Counted from the first letter of the stretch, positions 1 to 7,632 are shown. The stretch is 10,651 nt of DNA from an uncultured delta proteobacterium (GCA_963814585.1 CAWFDF010000002.1:1-10651); one strand, 5' to 3'. A program made the numbers and translations. Notes: generated by a model from the letters alone, not told the origin.

Positions 1-1169
1 GGGTCGGCGATGGGCACGCCGTTCATGGAGAAGCCCTTCCCCTGGATGCCGCGCTTGGCGTCGCCTCGCGAGCTGGCCAGGCCGGCCTTGACGAGGGCGT
101 CGGCCGCTGTCAGCGCCGTGAGCTCCGCCCGCGGCAGCCCGGCGGCCGGGATCTCGCGCCTGAGGACCTCGAAGACCTCGGCGCCGGCGCCGGCCAGGTC
201 GGTGCCGCCGAAGAGCAGCCGGCTGGCCGCCACCACGCCCTTCATGGTGACCTCGCCGTGGACCCGTGCCGTCATCTCCTCGGCCAGGGCCCGCTGCGCC
301 GCCCGCTTGCCGGGATCGGCCGCCTGCCGGGCCAGCAGGGCGTCGAGCTCGTCCACCGGCCTGAAGGAGAAGAACTTGAGGACCCGCTCCACGTCGCGGT
401 CGTCGGTGTTGAGCCAGAACTGGAAGAACCGGTACGGGGAGGTCTTCTGCGGGTCGAGCCAGACCGCGCCCTCCTCGGTCTTGCCGAACTTGGCGCCCGA
501 GGCGGTGGTGAGCAGCGGCACCACCAGGCCGTGGACGCCCTTCCCCTCCTTGCGCGAGATGAGCTCGGCCCCGGCGGTGATGTTGCCCCACTGGTCGCTG
601 CCGCCCATCTGCAGCTCGCAGCGGTCCTGCCTCCAGAGGTGCCAGAAGTCGTAGGACTGGACCAGCATGTAGCTGAACTCGGTGAAGGAGATGCCCGCCT
701 CCATGCGGTTCTTCACCGAGTCCTTGCCCAGCATGTAGTTGACGGTGAAGTGCTTGCCGACGTCGCGCAGGAACTCCATCAGGCCGAGGGGACGCAGCCA
801 GTCGGCGTTGTTGCGCACCAGCGCGGCGTTGGGGCCGTCGAAGCGCAGGAACCTCTCGAGCTGGGCCCGCACCGCGGCCACGTTCCGGTCGATCTCCTCC
901 ACCGTCAGCACCGGCCGCTCGCTGCGCTTGCCGGAGGGGTCGCCCACCATGCCGGTGCCGCCGCCCACCACCATGATGGGCGTGCCGCCGGTCCGCTGCA
1001 GCCAGGAGAGGGCCATGACCGGCAGGAGGTGGCCGACGTGGAGCGAGTCGGCGGTGGGGTCGAAGCCGACGTAGCCGGTGATGGGCCCCTGCGCGAGCCG
1101 CTCCTTCAGGCCGGGGGTGGACTCGGCGACGAGGCCGCGTGGGGTCAGTTCGTCGATCAGCGTGGGCAT
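1..1169 (-). CDS. tyrS: Tyrosine--tRNA ligase (3' end beyond the left edge of the window)
   Basis: Manual translation from the ATG at 1169 gives [49 protein letters not shown] (HIGH-type motif), [24 protein letters not shown] and KFGKT (KMSKS equivalent). It ends in an S4-like segment [27 protein letters not shown] at the window edge. It is missing from the ORF track because the stop codon lies outside the window. Confidence 0.98.
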   Translation of the reverse strand, partial: MPTLIDELTPRGLVAESTPGLKERLAQGPITGYVGFDPTADSLHVGHLLPVMALSWLQRTGGTPIMVVGGGTGMVGDPSGKRSERPVLTVEEIDRNVAAVRAQLERFLRFDGPNAALVRNNADWLRPLGLMEFLRDVGKHFTVNYMLGKDSVKNRMEAGISFTEFSYMLVQSYDFWHLWRQDRCELQMGGSDQWGNITAGAELISRKEGKGVHGLVVPLLTTASGAKFGKTEEGAVWLDPQKTSPYRFFQFWLNTDDRDVERVLKFFSFRPVDELDALLARQAADPGKRAAQRALAEEMTARVHGEVTMKGVVAASRLLFGGTDLAGAGAEVFEVLRREIPAAGLPRAELTALTAADALVKAGLASSRGDAKRGIQGKGFSMNGVPIAD

Positions 1170-1179
1170 GGCGGGCGGC

Positions 1180-1185
1180 AGTGTA
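1180..1185 (-). promoter_or_regulatory. Candidate -10 element (TACACT) for tyrS, near-leaderless
   Basis: TAnnnT hexamer 10 nt upstream of the tyrS ATG, with no Shine-Dalgarno in between. Confidence 0.4.
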
Positions 1186-1323
1186 GTCGACGGACAGGCC
1201 GATCAGAAGTGGCGAACCGGCGAGTCGGGCGGCAGCCGCCCCCTGGACGACGCGGACCCGGCGCTGCCTGGGGCGCCCTGGATGACGCTGGGGCCGTGGT
1301 CGGCGCCACGCCCTGCCCCGCGT

Positions 1324-1329
1324 TAGACT
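1324..1329 (+). promoter_or_regulatory. Candidate -10 element (TAGACT) for a leaderless ParB-like gene transcript
   Basis: TAGACT lies 6 nt before ATG 1336; no Shine-Dalgarno is present. Confidence 0.5.
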
Positions 1330-1335
1330 CCCGGC

Positions 1336-2313
1336 ATGGCCACCCGCAAGCGTCCCGTCACCAGGACCGGCACGCCCCGCGCCCGCAAGGGCGTCAAGCT
1401 CAAGCCGACCGAGCTGACCGCCAGGGATCTCCGGCTCGACGACCCACCGCCCGAGGTGGCGGCGCTGGCGGCCGCCGTCGAGGCCGATGGGGGCTCGGTC
1501 CTGGCCACCTACCGCGAGCCGCTGGGCGGCCACGCCCTGCTGCTCACCGCCCTCCCGGTGGCGCTGGTGGAGCGGACCCCCTTCCAGCGCGACGTCTCGG
1601 ACCCGCACGTGCGGCGGCTCACCATCGCCATGGACAAGACGCGCCGCTACCTCGACCCGATCATCGTGACGCGGGAGCCCGACGGCCGCTACCTGACGCC
1701 CAACGGCGGCCACCGGCTCACGGCCTTGAAGGAGCTGGGCGCGAAGGCGGTGCTGGCGCTGCTGGTGCCGGAGCGCGAGGTGGCCTACCAGATCCTGGCC
1801 CTCAACATCGAGAAGGCCCACAACCTGCGCGAGAAGGCGCTGGAGGTGGCCCGGATGTACCAGGACCTGGCCGGCTCGCTCGATCCGAAGGAGACCGAGA
1901 TGGAGCTGCAGTTCGAGGAGCCGGCGCTGGTGACGCTCGGCTTCGGCTACGAGGAGCGCGGGCGGCTCTCCGGCTCGGTCTACGCCCCCATCCTGCGCAA
2001 GGTGGACGGCTTCCTGGCCCAGCCGCTCTCCAGGGCGATCGAGGAGCGGCGGCGGCGAGCCGCGGTGGTGCTGGCCTTCGACGAGGCGGTGGCCGGGGCG
2101 GTGGCGAGGCTGAAGGAGAAGGGGTTCGACTCCCCCTACCTGAAGGCCTTCGTGGTGGCACGGGTCAACCCGCTCCGCTTCATGAAGGGCGGGGCGCCAC
2201 CCTTCGACGAGCTCTTCGCCACCATGACCCGGCGGGCCGCCGGCATGGACGGCTCGAAGGTGAAGCCCGAGGACGTGGCGAGGAGCGGCGGGGTGGCCAG
2301 CGACGGGGAGTGA
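1336..2313 (+). CDS. ParB/Srx N-terminal (CTPase-fold) domain protein, orphan
   Basis: 325 aa with host-like GC3 codon bias. TPFQRD...YLDPIIV...YLTPNGGHRLTAL...ILALNIEK corresponds to the ParB N-terminal motifs (PxQPR, GxxR, ENxxR-like). No parA nearby. Confidence 0.8.
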   Translation: MATRKRPVTRTGTPRARKGVKLKPTELTARDLRLDDPPPEVAALAAAVEADGGSVLATYREPLGGHALLLTALPVALVERTPFQRDVSDPHVRRLTIAMDKTRRYLDPIIVTREPDGRYLTPNGGHRLTALKELGAKAVLALLVPEREVAYQILALNIEKAHNLREKALEVARMYQDLAGSLDPKETEMELQFEEPALVTLGFGYEERGRLSGSVYAPILRKVDGFLAQPLSRAIEERRRRAAVVLAFDEAVAGAVARLKEKGFDSPYLKAFVVARVNPLRFMKGGAPPFDELFATMTRRAAGMDGSKVKPEDVARSGGVASDGE

Positions 2314-2322
2314 AGGCGGCGC

Positions 2323-2991
2323 TCAGCGGCCCTTCCGGACCGAGGGCGCGGGCGCTGGCCGAGGTCCCCGCCCCCGGGCCGGGACCACCGCGCCCTGCCG
2401 GTAGCCGAGCGCCACCAGGAAGCACTCGTAGCTGTGCTCGCGCGTGGCCTCCGGCCGCACGATGTGGACCTTCTCGAAGCGCTCCTGCAGCTCCTTGCGG
2501 AAGGCCGGGAAGTCGCCGCCCACGAAGACCTTGGTGACGAAGGCGCCGCCGTGCCTCAGCGTCTGCTCGGCCACCCCCAGCGCCATGCGGCAGAGCTCCA
2601 GCGAGCGGGCCTCGTCGGTGACCTTGATGCCGATGGTCTTCGGCGCCATGTCGCTGGTGACGAGGTCGTAGGGACCCGGGTGGAGGGCCCTGATCTGCTC
2701 GAGGGCCTCGGGCCGGAGCAGGTCGACCACCGCGGTCCTCACCCAGGGCTTCCCGATGCGCCGGATCTCCTCGATGTCGACGCCGACGGCGATCCCCTTC
2801 TCGCCCACCACCTCGGCGAGGATCTGCAGGAACCCGCCCGGCGCGGCGCCGAGGTCGAGCACCGCCTGCCCTTTCTTGAGGATGGGGTGGCGCTTGAGGA
2901 TCTCGTCGATCTTGAAGGCCGAGCGGGCCCGGTATCCGGCCTTCTTGGCCTGTCGAAAGTAGAAATCCTTGGGATCGTAGGGCTTCGACAT
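2323..2991 (-). CDS. rlmE: 23S rRNA (uridine-2'-O)-methyltransferase, RlmE/FtsJ family
   Basis: Motifs GYRARSAFKI, VLDLGAAPGGF, SDMAP, FVTKVF and RPEATREHSYE give the K-D-K-E tetrad. Start placed at MSKPYDPKDFY (ATG 2991) rather than the ORF-track start at 3060, whose extra 23 residues are low complexity. Confidence 0.95.
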   Translation of the reverse strand: MSKPYDPKDFYFRQAKKAGYRARSAFKIDEILKRHPILKKGQAVLDLGAAPGGFLQILAEVVGEKGIAVGVDIEEIRRIGKPWVRTAVVDLLRPEALEQIRALHPGPYDLVTSDMAPKTIGIKVTDEARSLELCRMALGVAEQTLRHGGAFVTKVFVGGDFPAFRKELQERFEKVHIVRPEATREHSYECFLVALGYRQGAVVPARGRGPRPAPAPSVRKGR

Positions 2992-3156
2992 GGGGTCCCG
3001 TCCACCGCCTCGGCGTGGCCGGCCCACCCTGGGCGAGGCGCCGACGCCGTCAAATCGCACGGATCGCTCCTTGACTCAAGGCGAGGCCCCATTGGATAAA
3101 CCATCGTCTTTCTCACACGTCGAGCGCCCGCAGGGCGGCAGAAAGAGGACATCGCC

Positions 3157-3462
3157 ATGGCCACCACCATCACCGAAGAGTGCATCAACTGCGGCGCCTG
3201 CGAGCCGGAGTGCCCCAACGGCGCCATCAGCCAGGGCGACGACATCTACATCATCGACCCGAAGCTCTGCACCGAGTGCGTCGGCTTCCACGACGAGGAG
3301 GCCTGCAACTCGGTCTGCCCGGTCGACTGCTGCGTGCCGGACCCGAACAACGTCGAGGACGAGGCCACCCTGTATGCCCGCCTCGCCACCGTCCACGCCG
3401 GCAAGGAGTTCCCGCCCCTGGCCTCGCTCCCGGCCAACCTGTCCAGGTTCCGCAAGGCCTAG
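3157..3462 (+). CDS. 2[4Fe-4S] ferredoxin, YfhL/Allochromatium type
   Basis: CINCGACEPECP plus CTECVGFHDEEACNSVCP (second cluster motif with the characteristic insertion). Shine-Dalgarno AAGAGGA upstream of the ATG. Confidence 0.95.
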   Translation: MATTITEECINCGACEPECPNGAISQGDDIYIIDPKLCTECVGFHDEEACNSVCPVDCCVPDPNNVEDEATLYARLATVHAGKEFPPLASLPANLSRFRKA

Positions 3463-3484
3463 CCGCTCCCCGGCCCAGGGCGTC

Positions 3485-3519
3485 GACGCCTCGCGTGCCT
3501 TCGCGGCGCGCGGGGCGTT
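3485..3519 (+). terminator. GC-rich stem-loop after the ferredoxin gene (terminator or mRNA-stabilising hairpin)
   Basis: GACGCCTCGCGTGCC-TTCGC-GGCGCGCGGGGCGTT forms a stem of about 15 bp with G-U pairs, 22 nt after the stop codon. No clear U-tract. Confidence 0.55.
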
Positions 3520-3553
3520 CGCGTCTTAAGTCCACGGGCTGGAGGGAGCACCC

Positions 3554-5206
3554 GTGTCCGACATCCTGAGCGGCGGCCGCCTGGTCGCCCGCATGCTGAA
3601 GCAGGAAGGCGTCACCACCGCCTTCACCCTCTCCGGGCTGCACATCGCCCCCATCTACGCCGGCTGCATCGAGGAGGGGATCCGGCTCGTCGACACCCGC
3701 CACGAGCAGGCGGCCGCCCACGCCGCCGACGCCTGGGCGCGGCTCACCCGAGGCGTCGGGGTGGCCATCGTCACGGCCGGCCCCGGCGTCACCGACGCGG
3801 TGACCGGCGTGGCCAACGCCTTCAGCGCCGCGGTGCCGCTCCTCCTGCTGGGCGGGGCCGCCCCCACCTTCAGCCAGGGGCGCGGGGCGCTGCAGGAGAT
3901 GCCCCAGACCCAGCTCTTCGCCGGCATCACCAAGTGGTCGGACCGGGTCCCCTCGCCGGACCTCATCCCCACCTACCTCGCCAGGGCGTTCCGCGTCGCC
4001 CGCGCCGGGCGGCCCGGGCCGGTCTTCCTCGAGCTGCCCTGGGACATCCTCTCCAACGGGGCCGAGGCGGCGCTGGCCGACGCCCAGTCCCGCTACCGGA
4101 CCGAGGCCAGGAGCCCCGGTGACCCGGCCCAGGTGGCGTCGGCGCAGGCGCTGCTCTCGCGGGCCGAGCGGCCGGTGGTGCTGGCCGGCTCGTCGATCTG
4201 GTGGGACGGGGCGTGGGATGCGCTGCGTGGGCTGGCCGACGCGACCGGCGTGCCGATCTACCTGAACGGCATGGGGCGCGGCTGCCTGCCGGCCGACCAC
4301 CCCTCCTTCCTGCAGCTGTCGCGCAAGGACGCGCTCGGCCGCGCCGACGTGGTGCTGGTGGTGGGGACGCCGCTCGACTTCCGCGTCGGCTACGGCATGC
4401 CGCCCACCTTCGCGCTGGACGCCCGCGTCGTCCAGGTGGACATCGACGGCTCGGACATCGGCCGAAACCGCCCCGTCGAGGTGGGGATCATCGGCGACTC
4501 GCGCTCGGTGCTCGAGCAGCTCCGGGCCGGGGCGACGCCCTGGGGCAACCCCGGCTGGCTCGCCGAGCTGCGGGGCGTCGAGCAGGAGCGGCGCATCCGG
4601 CAGGCCGTCTTCGAGGCCAGCGACCAGCGCCCCATCCACCACTTCCGGCTGGCCAGGGCGCTCGACGAGGTGGCGGCGCGGGTGGGCGACGTCACCTTCG
4701 TGGGCGACGGCGGCAACGTGGTGGCGGTGGCGGCCAAGGTGCTGCGGGTGGGCGGGCCGGGGCGCTGGCTCGACCCCGGCCCGCTCGGCTGCCTCGGCGT
4801 GGGGGCACCGTTCGCCATCGCCGCGAAGCTGCTCCACCCGGAGCGCCACGTCTGCGTGGTGCAGGGCGACGGCGCCTTCGGCCTGAACGGCATGGACTTC
4901 GAGACCGCGGTGCGCTTCAAGCTCCCCATGGTGGTGGTGGTCGGAAACGACGCGGCCTGGGGGCAGATCCGGATCCCGCAGCGGGCCCTGCATGGGGAGC
5001 ACCTGTCGCCGGCCACCACCCTGGCGCCGACCCGCTACGACCTGGTGGTGAAGGCGCTCGGCGGCGAGGGCGAGCACGTGGACGAGTCGTCGCAGTTGGT
5101 CCCGGCGCTGACCCGGGCCTTCGAGAGCGGCACGGTCTACTGCGTCGACGTGGCCATCGACCCCGAGGCGGCCGCGGCCAGCGGCTCGGCTGGGTACGCC
5201 ATCTAG
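3554..5206 (+). CDS. Thiamine-diphosphate-dependent enzyme, acetolactate-synthase-like (ILVBL/2-hydroxyacyl-CoA lyase/IlvG-like)
   Basis: 550 aa with GTG start after GGAGGGAG. Catalytic Glu in TRHEQAA, TAGPG, PGPVFLE, WLDPGPLGCLGVG, and the ThDP motif GDGAFG...NDAAWG. Confidence 0.92.
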   Translation: MSDILSGGRLVARMLKQEGVTTAFTLSGLHIAPIYAGCIEEGIRLVDTRHEQAAAHAADAWARLTRGVGVAIVTAGPGVTDAVTGVANAFSAAVPLLLLGGAAPTFSQGRGALQEMPQTQLFAGITKWSDRVPSPDLIPTYLARAFRVARAGRPGPVFLELPWDILSNGAEAALADAQSRYRTEARSPGDPAQVASAQALLSRAERPVVLAGSSIWWDGAWDALRGLADATGVPIYLNGMGRGCLPADHPSFLQLSRKDALGRADVVLVVGTPLDFRVGYGMPPTFALDARVVQVDIDGSDIGRNRPVEVGIIGDSRSVLEQLRAGATPWGNPGWLAELRGVEQERRIRQAVFEASDQRPIHHFRLARALDEVAARVGDVTFVGDGGNVVAVAAKVLRVGGPGRWLDPGPLGCLGVGAPFAIAAKLLHPERHVCVVQGDGAFGLNGMDFETAVRFKLPMVVVVGNDAAWGQIRIPQRALHGEHLSPATTLAPTRYDLVVKALGGEGEHVDESSQLVPALTRAFESGTVYCVDVAIDPEAAAASGSAGYAI

Positions 5207-5318
5207 TCGTTCTGGTCGTACCCTGGGACTTATGTCAGCATCCGCTGGCTCGCGGGCCGACCAGGGCCCCGTGGGCCGCTTCTCAACTTGAGGCCCGCAC
5301 CCGGGCCGGGGGGTACCG

Positions 5319-6053
5319 ATGCGCACCACCATGCTGGCCGTGCTGGCCGTGACGCTGGCAGCCTGCGGGATCAGCCGGGAGCAGTACGCCGCCAAGGACG
5401 CCGAGCTGGTCAAGTACCAGAAGATGTACGCCGACGAGACCGGCAAGAACGAGAACCTGCAGACCAAGGTGGCGGAGCTCGACGTCCAGTTGACCGCCAC
5501 GCAGGCCACGCTGAAGGCGGTCGAGGACGAGAAGGCGCAGGCCGAGGCCCGGGCCTCCCAGCTGGCGGTCAGCAACGCCCAGCGCGAGCGGCTGGCCCAG
5601 GCGCTGGAGAAGCAGATCCAGAGCGGCCAGGTGGAGATCTCCGAGCTGCGCGGCAAGATGACCGTGAAGCTGAAGGACAAGGTCCTCTTCGCCTCCGGCT
5701 CGGCGGCGCTGGGCCGCGACGGCCGGAAGGCGCTCGACGCCGTGGCCGAGGCCTTCAAGGACCTGCGCGACCGGAACGTGGTGGTGGGCGGCTTCACCGA
5801 CAACATGCCGGTGGGGAAGACCGGGCCCTTCAAGGACAACTGGGACCTCTCGACGGCCCGCGCCGTCGCCGTGGTCCGCTACCTGGCGTCGAAGGGGGTC
5901 GCCCCCACCATGCTGGGCGCCATCGGCTTCGCGCAGTACCGGCCGGTGGCTCCCAACGACTCGGCCGCCAACCGGAGCCTCAACCGGCGGATCGAGATCG
6001 CCCTCACCTCCGCGGACTACATCCCGCCCACGGTCGAGGTGCCGAGGAAGTAG
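5319..6053 (+). CDS. OmpA/MotB-like peptidoglycan-binding lipoprotein with N-terminal coiled coil
   Basis: Signal peptide with lipobox LAAC (Cys16), a Q/E/K/A-rich coiled coil, then OmpA_C-like motifs LFASGSA, GFTD, NWDLSTARA and NRRIEI. Confidence 0.9.
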   Translation: MRTTMLAVLAVTLAACGISREQYAAKDAELVKYQKMYADETGKNENLQTKVAELDVQLTATQATLKAVEDEKAQAEARASQLAVSNAQRERLAQALEKQIQSGQVEISELRGKMTVKLKDKVLFASGSAALGRDGRKALDAVAEAFKDLRDRNVVVGGFTDNMPVGKTGPFKDNWDLSTARAVAVVRYLASKGVAPTMLGAIGFAQYRPVAPNDSAANRSLNRRIEIALTSADYIPPTVEVPRK

Positions 6054-6085
6054 GGGATCGGCTCCACCCCCTCGCACCGGGGGAG

Positions 6086-6106
6086 CCCCGGGGAGGCTCC
6101 TCGGGG
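6086..6106. terminator. Intergenic hairpin, possible terminator
   Basis: CCCCGGGGA-GGC-TCCTCGGGG forms a 9-bp stem with one G-U pair, 32 nt after the lipoprotein stop. No U-tract. Confidence 0.3.
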
Positions 6107-6173
6107 TAGGCGCGGTGGGACTCCGCTCCCAGACGGGCTCGCGCCCGATCTCCCCGCGAGTTACGTCCTTGCC

Positions 6174-7106
6174 ATGAACTACCGGACGCTCGGCCGCAGC
6201 GACCTCGTGGTCTCCGAGATCGCCCTCGGTTCCTGGCTCACCTACGGCGGCGGCGTGGGGCGCCGCGAGGCGGAGGCCTGCCTCGCGGCGGCCTTCGACG
6301 CCGGCATCAACTTCATCGACACCGCCAACGTCTACGCCCGCGGCGCCGCCGAGGCGTTCCTCGGCGAGGCGCTGGCCCGGGTCCCGCGCGACCGCTACGT
6401 GCTCGCCACCAAGGTCTACTTCCCGATGTCGGAGTCCGACCGGGGGCTCTCGGCGGTGCAGATCGAGAAGCAGCTCGACGCCTCGCTGAGGCGGCTGCGC
6501 GTGGACCACGTCGATCTCTACCAGTGCCACCGGTACGATCCGGCCACGCCGCTCGAGGAGACCATGGCGGCGCTCGACCGGGCGGTGCGCCAGGGGAAGA
6601 CCCGCTGGCTCGGCTTCTCCGAGTGGAGCCCGGCGCAGATCCGGGCCTCGCTGGCCCTGCCCGGCGCCCGCTTCGTCTCGTCGCAGCCGCAGTACTCGCT
6701 CCTCTGGCGACAGCCCGAGGCCGAGGTCTTTCCGCTCTGCGCCCGGGAGGGGATCGGCCAGATCGTCTGGTCGCCGCTCCGCCAGGGGATCCTGACCGGC
6801 AAGTACCGGCCCGGCTCGGCACCGCCGGACGACTCGCGGGCCGCCAGCCCGGAGATGGGCGCCTTCCTCGGCGACAAGCTCGATCCGGCGGTGCTGGACA
6901 GGGTGCAGCGGCTGGCGCCCATCGCCGCGGAGCTCGGGCTGACCTTGGCGCAGCTGGCGCTGGCCTGGGTGCTGCGCCGGCCCGAGGTGAACTCGGCCAT
7001 CATCGGCGCCTCCCGGCCGGCCCAGGTCACGGAGAACGCGGCGGCCTCGGGCGTGAAGCTCGCGCCGGAGGTGGTGGAGCGGATCGAGGCGGCCGTGGCC
7101 CTGTGA
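6174..7106 (+). CDS. Aldo/keto reductase (Kv-beta/YajO-like)
   Basis: 310 aa. LGSW, FIDTANVY (catalytic D and Y), LATKV (K), DLYQCHR (H), QPQYSLL, WSPL, GILTGKY and IIGAS. Confidence 0.95.
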   Translation: MNYRTLGRSDLVVSEIALGSWLTYGGGVGRREAEACLAAAFDAGINFIDTANVYARGAAEAFLGEALARVPRDRYVLATKVYFPMSESDRGLSAVQIEKQLDASLRRLRVDHVDLYQCHRYDPATPLEETMAALDRAVRQGKTRWLGFSEWSPAQIRASLALPGARFVSSQPQYSLLWRQPEAEVFPLCAREGIGQIVWSPLRQGILTGKYRPGSAPPDDSRAASPEMGAFLGDKLDPAVLDRVQRLAPIAAELGLTLAQLALAWVLRRPEVNSAIIGASRPAQVTENAAASGVKLAPEVVERIEAAVAL

Positions 7107-7204
7107 GGCGAGCCGCCCGCGCCGGCGCGCGTCGCCGCTGAACGCTCGTCCCGCGACGGCCGGGGGCCCGGAGTCGTCGAGGCGGAGGAAGTCCGCGTTC
7201 CGGG

Positions 7205-7233
7205 TTGACCCTGGGATTCCGCGGTGCTACGTA
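7205..7233 (+). promoter_or_regulatory. Candidate sigma70-type promoter for tRNA-Pro
   Basis: TTGACC (7205-7210), a 17-bp spacer with TG at 7225-7226 (extended -10 position), and TACGTA (7228-7233), 18 nt before the tRNA. Confidence 0.55.
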
Positions 7234-7251
7234 CGCCGTCCCTGCAGCACC

Positions 7252-7328
<77 letters not shown>

Positions 7329-7331
7329 TTC

Positions 7332-7376
7332 GAAGGCCCCGTCGTTCCCTGGGAAACTAGTGGCGACGGGGGCTTC
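7332..7376 (+). terminator. Long hairpin immediately downstream of the tRNA
   Basis: GAAGGCCCCGTCG (7332-7344) pairs with CGACGGGGGCTTC (7364-7376) with one mismatch. The inner CTGG-GAAA-CTAG carries a GNRA tetraloop. A pyrimidine run TCCTT follows. Confidence 0.65.
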
Positions 7377-7396
7377 TCCTTGCGCCGCGCCGGCGT

Positions 7397-7416
7397 CGGG
7401 TAGCAGCCGGGTAGCA
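7397..7416. repeat. Tandem 9-bp direct repeat CGGGTAGCA, 11-bp period (candidate integrase arm-type sites)
   Basis: Exact copies at 7397-7405 and 7408-7416, a degenerate third copy (ACGGCAGCG) at 7418-7426, about 70-90 bp from the tRNA 3' end. Confidence 0.6.
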
Positions 7417-7632
7417 AACGGCAGCGAATCGGCCCCCGCAACTCGCCCGCAAAGGAACGTCCACGACGACCGGCGCCGCTGGCGCTTGCAGGCCAAACGA
7501 GAGTCGGTTGGTCTCGGCTCGGAGGTATCCGGGCGCCAAATGGCCGTAGACCTCTGTTGTGATCCTCGGGTCGCTGTGTCGAAGGATGCGCTGGACAGCC
7601 GCAGGGTTCGCCCCACGCTGCATGAGGAGGCT

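Noticed and set aside
1170..1335. T-box riboswitch upstream of tyrS
   Set aside because: No T-box consensus (AAGGTGGNACC-like) or terminator/antiterminator is visible, the space is only 166 bp and shared with a divergent gene, and a -10-like hexamer sits just before the ATG.
10..2537. Long + strand ORFs 10..654, 258..2537, 739..1074 and 1078..1326
   Set aside because: They are antisense or off-frame shadows of tyrS, the ParB-like gene and rlmE in GC-rich DNA, with R/G/P/A-rich translations and no motifs.
2992..3060. N-terminal extension of rlmE in the ORF track
   Set aside because: Low-complexity G/R-rich 23 residues. Family similarity begins at MSKPYDPKDFY (ATG 2991).
5207..5318. Possible sigma54 promoter or small RNA in the AT-richer gap before the lipoprotein gene
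   Set aside because: No convincing TGGCAC-N5-TTGC match and no stable structure that I could support.
5319..6053. Calling the gene motB, or treating GFTD (instead of GHTD) as unusual
   Set aside because: There is no MotB transmembrane Asp or motA partner, and aromatic substitution at that position is common in OmpA_C-like domains.
3251..6530. Long minus-strand ORFs 3251..5839 (862 aa) and 5283..6530 (415 aa) and other overlapping frames
   Set aside because: They are mirror frames of the ferredoxin, ThDP enzyme, lipoprotein and reductase genes, expected from strong GC3 bias.
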